From NCBI GenBank assembly GCA_036125855.1, contig JAYZTT010000016.1, positions 112,122-176,121 on the forward strand: a stretch of DNA of 64,000 bases. Direction: 5' to 3'. Shown piece by piece: positions 52,718 through 61,383 of this stretch. The notes under the pieces were generated by a model. That model did not search any database. It was not told the origin of the DNA and saw only the letters and a program-made list of their open reading frames with translations. A program made the translations under genes and the position numbers. The stretch comes from Planctomycetota bacterium (GTDB taxonomy: Bacteria; Planctomycetota; UBA8108; UBA1146). The number at the start of each line of letters is the position of its first letter. Within the stretch, counting starts at the first letter, position 1.

Positions 52718-53411
52718 ATTGCGGAGTTTACTGCTGCTGCTGATCCTGATAGCAAATTTGTTTGGATGTAATTTACCAGACAGAGCAGATCTTTCTCCGG
52801 CAACCATCGAGCAATCGCTCGATGTGTTGTCGGAGGAAATTCCTTTTATCGACAAAGCTGCACGAGCCAAACCACATCCCGGTGCACGAGGTCGTTACTC
52901 TGATAAATTCCCCGACACGGTGCTGACCGATCATCTGGGCCGAAAACACCGCTTCTATAGTGATCTGGTGAAAGATCGAATAGTCGCCATCCAGTTTTTC
53001 TACACGACCTGTAGCGGTATATGACCAGGTGTAACAGAGAACCTCGTGAAGGTTCATGAAATGTTCGGAGAGCGCCTTGGCAAGGACATGGTTTTTCTTT
53101 CCATCTCCATCGATCCAGAACAAGACACCCCGAAGGCATTGAAGGAATACCGCAGCTACGGTGATGAGAACTGGAACGGTTGGCTACACTTGACGGGTGA
53201 TTACGATGAAATTGAAACCCTACGGTGGGTTCTGGGGGTCTACGACATGGATCCAGTTCTTGATTCTGACAAAACGGAACACGCTGGCATTCTTACCTTT
53301 GGTAACGATAAGACGAACTGGTGGGCGGCGGTGCCAGCCTTGATCGACCCGAAACAGGTTGCCGACGCAATGATTCGCATTGTCGGGAATCCTAGGATGC
53401 AACCTCGTTGA
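52680..53411 (+). CDS. SCO1/SenC-like thioredoxin-fold lipoprotein with in-frame TGA (53022-53024) in the CxxxC motif (CxxxU); probable selenoprotein
   Basis: Track ORFs 52431..53024 and 53046..53411 share one frame. The joined read is ...IVAIQFFYTTCSGI-TGA-PGVTENL...VFLSISIDPEQDTPKALKEY...WLHLTG...TEHAGILTF, which parallels SCO F-T-x-C-x-x-x-C-P, SxDPxxDTP and the distal His. Lipobox LLLLLILIANLFGC. Start is ATG 52680 or TTG 52719. Confidence 0.7.
53039..53055 (+). promoter_or_regulatory. SECIS-like hairpin downstream of the SCO-like UGA
   Basis: GAACCT-CGTGA-AGGTTC: a perfect 6-bp stem with loop CGUGA. The stem starts 14 nt after the UGA. Confidence 0.5.
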
Positions 53412-53417
53412 GGTGCT

Positions 53418-54332
53418 TCACCGAAGGAGTTTGATCGCTTCGGAGGCGGCCCTCCTGAGTACAGGATTGGCATCATCCATGGATATGCCGATCAGCGCTT
53501 CAATGGCCGGCGCGGTGCCGTTACGAGCGAGAGCTCGAACCACATCCAATCTCTGGGAAGAACCTGCCCAGGGTAAGATATCCATCAGCAGTAAAGCCGA
53601 TTCCTCAACCGGGATATGACCCAGGGCGAGAATGATCTCGCGATTGCGAAATGACGTCCCTTGCCAGTTCTCGATGCGGTTCTGGTAATACGGTAGCCAC
53701 CCGGCAACCACCTCAGGATTTCGTCCTTCGTGAAACCCTAGAATCATCGGGGCGGCTTCTCCCTCAAACAATTCGATGCGGAGATCCGATAGCAATTCTC
53801 CGGGTTGGTTTAATTGAGCAACGTGTGCCAGGTATTCGAGCAGTGCAATTTCGTTATCTGCGTATTCGCGCATCAAATTGCCACTATAAAAATCGGGTGC
53901 TTTCCATAGTGGAGAATCCAGATTTCCACCATGAAATGCGTCTGCGAATATTTCGTAAAGTCGATCTACCTGTTCGAAGTGGCCGGCGGCGATCAGGTCG
54001 AAAGCGAGCTGCCAGATTGCTTCGAAGTTCTGCTGGTCAATCGCTGCTTCCAGGCTTTGGTCTGCTGCACCGGTGGACACGCCGGATCGTTCTCTTGGCA
54101 TTGTGTCCAGGATGGCAGGTGGAGATGTTGTGTCTGGTGTATTCGATTCTGACCAGGGTTCAGGTGGGTCTGTCTCGGTTTGAGGTGGTTTCTCTCCAGA
54201 GTTTTTACCTGGGGTCGTGGCCTCACCATTGTTGGATGGATGGGATGGCGTTGATTTTCCGACTTCGATGAACCGGCCGACCAAGATTCCGAGCAAGAGC
54301 GCAACAATTGCTATGACGAGATGAGTTTTCAC
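53418..54332 (-). CDS. Membrane-anchored HEAT-repeat protein
   Basis: N-terminal TM helix HLVIAIVALLLGILVG and a Pro/Thr-rich linker. The C-terminal HEAT/PBS-lyase-like repeats read VVRALARNGTAPAIEALIGISMDDANPVLRRAASEAIKLL. Confidence 0.6.
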   Translation of the reverse strand: MKTHLVIAIVALLLGILVGRFIEVGKSTPSHPSNNGEATTPGKNSGEKPPQTETDPPEPWSESNTPDTTSPPAILDTMPRERSGVSTGAADQSLEAAIDQQNFEAIWQLAFDLIAAGHFEQVDRLYEIFADAFHGGNLDSPLWKAPDFYSGNLMREYADNEIALLEYLAHVAQLNQPGELLSDLRIELFEGEAAPMILGFHEGRNPEVVAGWLPYYQNRIENWQGTSFRNREIILALGHIPVEESALLLMDILPWAGSSQRLDVVRALARNGTAPAIEALIGISMDDANPVLRRAASEAIKLLR

Positions 54333-54354
54333 AGATCACCTTTCGGTCACCATA

Positions 54355-56574
54355 TCAATCCTGGTCGATGGGTGGGGGCTGTTGTTTTTCTTGTTTTCGA
54401 GTGTGTGTCGCCAGCTCCATGCGGATGTAGAAAACGGCGGCCAGAAGGAGCCCTCCCAGAGACACCAGCAATAACATGACCTCGATGGGAATCAGGTTGT
54501 GGTGTTGAACGAGGCGAACAGATAATGCTATTCCTGCCATTGCGGAGATCATGAAACGTGGTCTCCAGGATCGAGCTGTGAGTGTGATGAACATCGCTAC
54601 AGCTGCAATGAACGGCCCAATCGCGACCCAGATACTACTACTGGTTTGCCAGCCAGCGATGGGGTTACTGGATAATGCTGCCTGGTAGAGGCCACCCAGA
54701 ATAAATACGGGACAAACCCATTCGAGGTAGTTTGCGATTCTGCGACGCTCCAGGCGAATGCTGTTTTCCAGGAAGTAGGTGATCAACAGTAGCATCAGTC
54801 CGGAGATTGCAAGAGACCAGCCCGTGGCAGCTTGTGGCTCCATGGCATCGATGCCGATCCAGCTCAGCAATGGTACTTGCGATAGCTTGTAGAGGCCGAT
54901 CAAAAGGGTCAAGCCGCCTAGCCAGTGGAAGGGTCGAGCGAAACGGGGCTTCTGCATCTTTTCGAATCCGGTTCCGACCATCCAGGCGATGGTAATCGAC
55001 AGGATCCCCAGCGCTTGAGCGCCAGCCTCCCAGGTCAGGTATCCTGCCACCAGCAACAATGAGAAATGAGTGGATCCATACAGGGTTGCGGCAACCCATG
55101 AGTAGAAAGAAACACCGGTTCGATTCAAGCGCAGTACGGCAGCGATGAGACTGACCAGGCTAGAAAAGAACAGTGTTCGGTTTGCAATTCCTGCCTCCCC
55201 AAACAGCTCCGCTTGATCATCCGGTGCTGGAGCCCAGACCATGGCAGTGAGAAGGGCAATGAGTGTGGGGACCAGCGAAATGATCGCCCCCCCGAAGAAT
55301 AGAGGCGTCACTCTTTTTCTGGCAAATTGCTGAGAGAGAAGTCCCGCCACTCCCAGGGCAACCGAAGTTCCCATGGGTAGGAGCCAGCTGAAAGAAACTC
55401 CGACATCTTGACGGTAGAGAAGAGCAGTAAAAAAAGAGGAGACCAGGGAAGTCCAGATACATATGTAAATTCCCAGCTCTCCGACTCGCAATTTTCGAGT
55501 CTCGGTCGGCCAGAGGTCGTCTCCCTCAAGTACCCTTCGGTAGCGCCAGCGAAGCTGATCCCGTTCGCGCTGGTCAACAAGGCCAAGATCTTTCCACTTT
55601 TCGATGGTTCCGACATGTTCTTCAACTCGATTGAGCAAATGGTCTGTGACAACAGAGCTTCTCATTTGAATTGGCTGGCCTGCGAGGAAATTTACGAGAG
55701 CCTGATGCACTTCATCGGCATTGGGACGGTGCTCAGGCTTGAAAGCGAGGCAAGAGAGGCAGATTCGTTCCAGGTCTTCCGGTATCGCCGGTCGGAGAGC
55801 TCTCGGGATTGATGGCTCCCCCGCGAGGATCGAGGACATGGTGGGAGGCTTTCCCAGTTTCGCAAAAGGATGACGTCCGGTCAGTGCTTCGTGAAATAAA
55901 ACTCCGAGAGAAAAGATGTCGGAGGCAGGAGTGGCCATCTGGCCCTGGAGTCTTTCGGGAGCGGCATAGGCTACGGTCCCGGAAAAACCTTCTTCGATGT
56001 TTTCGCTGTTCATTTCGATAGAAAGACCGAAATCCAGAATTCGCACTTCGTGACCGGGGGTAACAACAACATTCTGGGGCTTGAGATCTCTATGTAGGAT
56101 TCCCGCATGATGGGCAACCGAGATGGCGCGCGCAGCTTCGGATACGATTTTTGCAACCTGTTTGGGTTCCAGAACTGATGACACGTTTTGCAATTCGTGA
56201 CCGTCTACCAGTTCCATGACGATGGCCGCACTACCCTGATGTTCGATGACTCCGAAGATGGTTACTATGCATCGGTCTCCCAGGGCTGCTGCCCGACGCG
56301 CTTCCTCGATCACTTTTTGCCGCTGATCGTGGCTAGCTTCTGTTGAGGTCAGGACCTTGATGGCAACGGGTCGATTGAGAGTGAGATCACGGCCTCGGTA
56401 GACAACCCCGAGTCCTCCACGGCCCAGCTCTCCCTCGATGGCATAACCAGGGAATTCGGGGACGGACGAGTCTCCGAATCGGTCCGACGAAGATTTCGGG
56501 TCTATTTCTGGCTTGTATTCGACCGTCTCATCGTGATTGGGAGGTGGCATTTCGTCTCCACTCGAGCTGAACAT
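54355..56574 (-). CDS. Ser/Thr protein kinase fused to a large polytopic membrane domain
   Basis: The Hanks kinase motifs are GRGGLGVVY, VAIKV, HRDLKPQNVV, DFGLS and APE. About 400 aa with many predicted TM helices follow. ATG 56574 is preceded by GGAGG. Confidence 0.88.
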   Translation of the reverse strand: MFSSSGDEMPPPNHDETVEYKPEIDPKSSSDRFGDSSVPEFPGYAIEGELGRGGLGVVYRGRDLTLNRPVAIKVLTSTEASHDQRQKVIEEARRAAALGDRCIVTIFGVIEHQGSAAIVMELVDGHELQNVSSVLEPKQVAKIVSEAARAISVAHHAGILHRDLKPQNVVVTPGHEVRILDFGLSIEMNSENIEEGFSGTVAYAAPERLQGQMATPASDIFSLGVLFHEALTGRHPFAKLGKPPTMSSILAGEPSIPRALRPAIPEDLERICLSCLAFKPEHRPNADEVHQALVNFLAGQPIQMRSSVVTDHLLNRVEEHVGTIEKWKDLGLVDQRERDQLRWRYRRVLEGDDLWPTETRKLRVGELGIYICIWTSLVSSFFTALLYRQDVGVSFSWLLPMGTSVALGVAGLLSQQFARKRVTPLFFGGAIISLVPTLIALLTAMVWAPAPDDQAELFGEAGIANRTLFFSSLVSLIAAVLRLNRTGVSFYSWVAATLYGSTHFSLLLVAGYLTWEAGAQALGILSITIAWMVGTGFEKMQKPRFARPFHWLGGLTLLIGLYKLSQVPLLSWIGIDAMEPQAATGWSLAISGLMLLLITYFLENSIRLERRRIANYLEWVCPVFILGGLYQAALSSNPIAGWQTSSSIWVAIGPFIAAVAMFITLTARSWRPRFMISAMAGIALSVRLVQHHNLIPIEVMLLLVSLGGLLLAAVFYIRMELATHTRKQEKQQPPPIDQD

Positions 56575-56718
56575 CGGTATACCTCCGGGCCTGGGCCAGA
56601 TGATGCCATCCAGAAGGCGCCAAATCTTGAACTCCTTGAACGGAAATTGCCCACCAGCTGACGGATTTCGGCAATAACCCAATATATGGTGTCACCGTGT
56701 CGGCAGAATCCGAGGCAA

Positions 56719-57687
56719 TTAGATCACTTGCGGAAGTACCCACAAAAAGGAACAGCCGAGAAACCCGATCAGTGGGCCATCTGCTGTATGTGGACTGATG
56801 GCTTCTGCCACGGTCAGAAGTGCGGGAAGCAACAGTAACGCAACCAACAATTGCGGCATTGTAAAAGACGCCGAATACCAGATGAGTACAGCGACGGAAA
56901 CCAGAAATACCATTGCGCTGCCTTCGAGACTACGATGGTATTCACCGTTCCAGAACTTCCCGTCATGCCAAATCGCCTTTGTTTTGTACCGATGCTTTCC
57001 GAAACGAAGGCCCACTGGTTCTGCCAGCCCATCCCCGAATTCGTTCACCAGTTGCGGGATCAGTGTGACGATCTTGTTGTCTACCAGTGCGATGAAGGGG
57101 ATGTAGATCAAGAAACGAAGGACATCCTCAATCATGTCATAACGCATGCTGTATGGACGGTCTTCGAGGCGATCCCATGAAACAAACGCAAAACGGAAGA
57201 TAGGAACATGTCTGCGAATGACATTCCATTCGGTGATGATGGTCTTCAGCTGTCCTAGTGAAAATAGAAACATCGTATCGATGACGATTTTATCGCCGGA
57301 GACGAAGAAGAAGGGGATAATAAACGCTTGCAGTTTTCTCCAGGGTCGCAGACCTAGCTTGCGGACGAAATTGATTCGGATGTTGTAACGCAAAACGAGA
57401 TGGGCGCAGATGATCTTTCCGATCAGTTCGAATACGGAAGCTGCGATGAAAAAGATGAATGCCGGAAAACTCAGGGTCGGTATCCAGCCCTCGGAGGATG
57501 CCAGCAGCATTCCTGCGGCAAGCAGGAGATAGGCGCTACCGGCTATGGCGACAAAACGATTTTCGCCGATCCAGTCATAATGGGGGTTTTTGAGGCCATA
57601 TGGGTCTTCATGGAGCACTCGGAAGTACTCATCGAGGTCGTCATGAATCGCCATTGGCCGATTTTTATTGCTGTCCGATTTTGTCAT
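56719..57687 (-). CDS. CTP_transf_1-family membrane protein (dolichol/phytol kinase or CdsA-like)
   Basis: Polytopic protein with the motif NEFGDGLAEPVGLRFGKHRY...RSLEGSAMVF, matching the GDG.A..VG..FGK...K/RS.EGS signature of polyprenol kinases and cytidylyltransferases. Confidence 0.6.
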   Translation of the reverse strand: MTKSDSNKNRPMAIHDDLDEYFRVLHEDPYGLKNPHYDWIGENRFVAIAGSAYLLLAAGMLLASSEGWIPTLSFPAFIFFIAASVFELIGKIICAHLVLRYNIRINFVRKLGLRPWRKLQAFIIPFFFVSGDKIVIDTMFLFSLGQLKTIITEWNVIRRHVPIFRFAFVSWDRLEDRPYSMRYDMIEDVLRFLIYIPFIALVDNKIVTLIPQLVNEFGDGLAEPVGLRFGKHRYKTKAIWHDGKFWNGEYHRSLEGSAMVFLVSVAVLIWYSASFTMPQLLVALLLLPALLTVAEAISPHTADGPLIGFLGCSFLWVLPQVI

Positions 57688-57844
57688 TATTGCAAAACCC
57701 CCTGTAATTCCATATCCGGAATACGAATGCGGTAAGACTCAGTTTTTGGGTGTTTGTCGAATTACCTGGGAGGCACGCGGAATGGCTCACATATAACCGA
57801 AACTACGCCCCAGTTTATCATCCAGATGTTCTCGATGGAATTGG

Positions 57845-59833
57845 CTAGTAACAGCGGACTTCAAAAACTCGAATCTGTTTCGTGCCGTGGGTGCTCTGGA
57901 TGTGAAGTCGCAGTGACTTGAGTGACCGTCTTTCCAATCGGTGACGACGAAGACGCTGATAGTTGTCTTCGATGGTGGCGATCTCGATGGTGTTCCCGTC
58001 ATTATCTGTGGCAATGAGCTTGTAGTCTTTCACCAGCTCTGGCTGCGGACCTCTGACGACCGACCGGGAAGTGCTATCCTGTGCCGACAGTGTGAGCTGG
58101 CGATGAAACCCACTGTCAAAGGTGATCTGAACCTCTTCTACTGCAACGGGTTCATTCCAGGTCAGTTCGATCCACTGGCCGCCGTCGATCATCTCGGCTC
58201 CCCACCGGTGAGTCCAGTGCGTGGGCACATCACGAACTTCTCCATCGATGACGTGGTGCGGATCTGCACCCTCGATGTGTGACGATGAAGTTACTTTTGC
58301 CATTCTGGCCAGATCGTTCGGATCTTGATTGGTGATGTTGCGAATCGATTGATCGTCCCTCAACAGGAGTTGCTGGAGCTCAACAATGTGTTGTTTTCTC
58401 AGCTGTCCGGGGCTGACATTCTTGCGGCTACATAACGCTGCAGCGGTGCCGATCGCCTGTCCGGTACACGCGCAGGTTGCCATGACGCGTGTTGAGGTGA
58501 AGGCGACGTGAGAATTGGATATGTTACGGCCCGCCATCAGCAGATTCTCAACATTGACGCTATACAGCGCCTCGAATGCGATGTTGTACGGTTCCTCGAT
58601 ACGCTTGGCATAGGACGGAGGTTGATCCCAGTCGTCGAATCCGCCTGGTGGGTGTTCATCGAATGGCCAGCCACCGATGGAGACTCCATCGTCTCGCTTT
58701 TTCCAATCACCGGTCAGATCGTTTTGAGTCTGGATATGTGCTCCGGTGAGACGACGGCTTTCTCTTTTTCCGGGGATCATGCCAACTCGCTGTAGTGCCC
58801 AGTTGGCGGAATCATTTCGCTCTCCAGAGTTTTTGATCCAGTCCCAGATTCCCATCACGATTCGGAGCAAGTCGAATCGCAGTTCTTCATTGTCGTGAAT
58901 CACATCCCGTTCGCCGCCCAGTTCAATCCACCAGTAGCCGTACTCATAGGATCCGCGCGGGATTTTTCGGAACAGAAAATCATTCTCTGTCATCTTTCTG
59001 GCCCAGGGTGGAGCTATGAAATCGATCGGGTGATCGTGTTTGGTTGCGGTGAAGAGTATCGTTGAGCCCTGGGAGTATTTATCACCCTTTTCCAGAGCCA
59101 GAGATTCACTGTAAGTGGCCCGAGGCTCGCGTCCCGTTCGAAACTCAGCTCCAGTCTCCAGGCCCAGTCGGCAATCACCGGTACAGTCACAGAATGTATC
59201 GGCTTCGATACGGTAGATCGTTTCGGTCTTGTCGCAGCGAGCGAGAGCCTGGGTGATCTTGCCATCGGTTACCGTTGCGGAGTAAATCGAGGTGTCGAGC
59301 TTGAGGGTGAGCAATTCTTCTCGCTTGCATAGATCGTAAAGGGTCAAATCGAAAAGTTCGAACGCACGATGAGGATTGCGCCGAGCATCCTCGATTCGAA
59401 TCTCCTCGATGATCCCCCCCTCACGCCAGCCAGAGCGACCACCATGGACATCCGCTCCAACGATGTGCATCCCAATTTCACTGGAGGCGTTGCCACCGAG
59501 ACGAGATCGATCCTGGACCAGCAGGGTTTTTGCGCCATTTCGTGCCGCAGATAGAGCAGCGCATACCCCAGCCATGCCGCCACCGGCCACCATGACATCA
59601 ACTTTCAGATCGACGATACGCATGTGCTTTTCGGCGATCAGGGAAGCGGGGTTCTCTGTCGGGTTGCTGTGGGTGGGAGAACTTTCTTCCACGGAAGGGG
59701 GGGCTGCAGAGACGAATCGACGACCATCGACCGCCATCGAAACTCCAGCAAGCAAGCTTGCCTGGGCGAGAAAATTACGGCGATCGATCGGGGGAGTAGC
59801 TTCCTCGGGAAGCTGTGAATCCGAGATGGTCAC
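57845..59833 (-). CDS. Tat-signal FAD-dependent oxidoreductase with C-terminal beta-sandwich domain
   Basis: RRNFLAQASLLAG twin-arginine signal and the dinucleotide-binding motif DVMVAGGGMAGVCAALSAARNGAKTLLVQDRSRLGGN. The GTG start overlaps the upstream stop (GTGA). Confidence 0.8.
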   Translation of the reverse strand: MTISDSQLPEEATPPIDRRNFLAQASLLAGVSMAVDGRRFVSAAPPSVEESSPTHSNPTENPASLIAEKHMRIVDLKVDVMVAGGGMAGVCAALSAARNGAKTLLVQDRSRLGGNASSEIGMHIVGADVHGGRSGWREGGIIEEIRIEDARRNPHRAFELFDLTLYDLCKREELLTLKLDTSIYSATVTDGKITQALARCDKTETIYRIEADTFCDCTGDCRLGLETGAEFRTGREPRATYSESLALEKGDKYSQGSTILFTATKHDHPIDFIAPPWARKMTENDFLFRKIPRGSYEYGYWWIELGGERDVIHDNEELRFDLLRIVMGIWDWIKNSGERNDSANWALQRVGMIPGKRESRRLTGAHIQTQNDLTGDWKKRDDGVSIGGWPFDEHPPGGFDDWDQPPSYAKRIEEPYNIAFEALYSVNVENLLMAGRNISNSHVAFTSTRVMATCACTGQAIGTAAALCSRKNVSPGQLRKQHIVELQQLLLRDDQSIRNITNQDPNDLARMAKVTSSSHIEGADPHHVIDGEVRDVPTHWTHRWGAEMIDGGQWIELTWNEPVAVEEVQITFDSGFHRQLTLSAQDSTSRSVVRGPQPELVKDYKLIATDNDGNTIEIATIEDNYQRLRRHRLERRSLKSLRLHIQSTHGTKQIRVFEVRCY

Positions 59834-60375
59834 TTTCTGGAAACCTTCTTTTTGGCGGTTTTCTTTTTCGTAATATTTTTTCTGGTGGTCTTCTTCTTTG
59901 CGGTCTTCTTCTTCGAGGTCTTTTTCTTCCGGGTGCTGGTCGCAGCATTGGTCGCAGCAACGAACTCGGCCATCGGAACCGAAGCGATGGTGTCGGCGAT
60001 CAGGTCTACCTCACACTTCTCCCAGCTCTGGATTCGTATGCAACTCTTACCTATATCGAGACGGGTGCCGCGCTTTTTCCATTCTTCGGTCAGGTTCTTG
60101 AACACACGAGGAAGCACATACATGCCGCACATGTAGATGCCGTAGTGTCTCTTCTGGGCAGCGATGGCTGCATACATCAGAGGCTCACCGTTGTATGTTT
60201 CGGGACAGACTGAAAGAGGAACCTCGTAACAGATAAATCCCCATCGCATCTGTTCGACATATCCCTTGGGTAGGTTTTTCCGGATCAGTGCGCGGAGCTT
60301 CTTGACAGTATCTCGGCGATCCTCTGGTAGGGATTCGATGTACTCTTTTGGCGTTTTGGCAGTGGAAGTGGCCAT
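59830..60375 (-). CDS. DUF1801 (YdhG-like) protein with Lys-rich C-terminal tail
   Basis: TPKEYIESLPEDRRDTVKKLRALIRKNLPKGYVEQMRWGFICYEV fits the DUF1801 pattern. The tail reads TSTRKKKTSKKKTAKKKTTRKNITKKKTAKKKVSRK. Confidence 0.7.
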   Translation of the reverse strand: MATSTAKTPKEYIESLPEDRRDTVKKLRALIRKNLPKGYVEQMRWGFICYEVPLSVCPETYNGEPLMYAAIAAQKRHYGIYMCGMYVLPRVFKNLTEEWKKRGTRLDIGKSCIRIQSWEKCEVDLIADTIASVPMAEFVAATNAATSTRKKKTSKKKTAKKKTTRKNITKKKTAKKKVSRK

Positions 60376-60472
60376 ATCTTTCCCCTCTACGTTCACGATT
60401 CAGGGTTTTCCGAGAGGTTGCGATGGTAACCCCATCTACATTCCCGAGAAATGGCCGGTTAGACTGAAGACC

Positions 60473-61093
60473 ATGTTGATCTGGTCGCCCAGAGGGGCTC
60501 ATCGAGCACGTTGGTTTCTGCGGGGGATAATTTTCGCCTCGCTGATCCCCCTGCTGGCAATATCCAGCTGCCAGGGACAGCTTCCCCAGCATCCCAATGA
60601 CATTGCCCTCGCCTATCTTCGTGAGCGGGCGGCGGGTTTTCCCGGAGATTTGTTTGTGGCAGTGAATCCCGGTCCGGTATCTGCCTGGGCTCCGGCGGAG
60701 TACCCGCTTCCACAGCCCTGTACCAGGATCATTCTCGACAGAGAAATGTTCGTCATTGCCAATACCATCGGCGAAAATAGCGACCAGGCCAGCTTCACTT
60801 TTCGCTATCAGGAGCAACGCCTGTGGGAAGGTTTGAAATCAACAGTCCTCTCCCCGGAGGGATTGGTTGCCACCGAGAACAGTTTTGGTTCGATGTTGTT
60901 TTCTCCGAGACCGTCAGTGTTGTGGTACCAGGTTCGTTTCAGGGCGATGGGCGGGGCCGATGGGAGAGATGAGGTGACTCAATGGCTCTTGATGCGTCCC
61001 ACGGCCAAAGGATGGAAAATATTCCAGCGACCTGAAGAGATAGAGAGTAGAGGAGGACCGGTGGCTCAGTGGTCACGGGTCCAGACCAAGTAG
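60473..61093 (+). CDS. Hypothetical lipoprotein
   Basis: The internal ATG 60473 gives a signal peptide with lipobox (FASLIPLLAISSC). The upstream part of the ORF is antisense to the DUF1801 gene. Confidence 0.45.
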   Translation: MLIWSPRGAHRARWFLRGIIFASLIPLLAISSCQGQLPQHPNDIALAYLRERAAGFPGDLFVAVNPGPVSAWAPAEYPLPQPCTRIILDREMFVIANTIGENSDQASFTFRYQEQRLWEGLKSTVLSPEGLVATENSFGSMLFSPRPSVLWYQVRFRAMGGADGRDEVTQWLLMRPTAKGWKIFQRPEEIESRGGPVAQWSRVQTK

Positions 61094-61128
61094 TCCCCGA
61101 TTGATACCTTCTCGATGAAAGGAATACG

Positions 61129-61347
61129 ATGCCAAGTTCATCTTCCGACAAGGCTTTATGGGATCTTCTCAGGTATGCAACACCGTTTGTGGTTGGCTAC
61201 CTGCTCATCAAGCATGGAACGGACTGGTCGCAACTGTTAGTGATGAACTCTGACGGTGCGGTGCCACTGGGATTCTTGCTGACTGCCATTACCCTCGTTG
61301 GATTGATGGTCATCATGAAAAGCAGCAAGAGAGATTCCGGATCATGA
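61129..61347 (+). CDS. Hypothetical small membrane protein (72 aa, 2 TM)
   Basis: Short ORF with two hydrophobic helices; no homology evidence. Confidence 0.3.
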   Translation: MPSSSSDKALWDLLRYATPFVVGYLLIKHGTDWSQLLVMNSDGAVPLGFLLTAITLVGLMVIMKSSKRDSGS

Positions 61348-61383
61348 GCCCGTGGATCGAGAAGTCGTGAAAGCAAACTGAAG

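Noticed and set aside
51797-52870. Minus-strand ORF of 357 aa.
   Set aside because: It is antisense to the multicopper oxidase, whose four copper-ligand motifs fix the true frame and strand.
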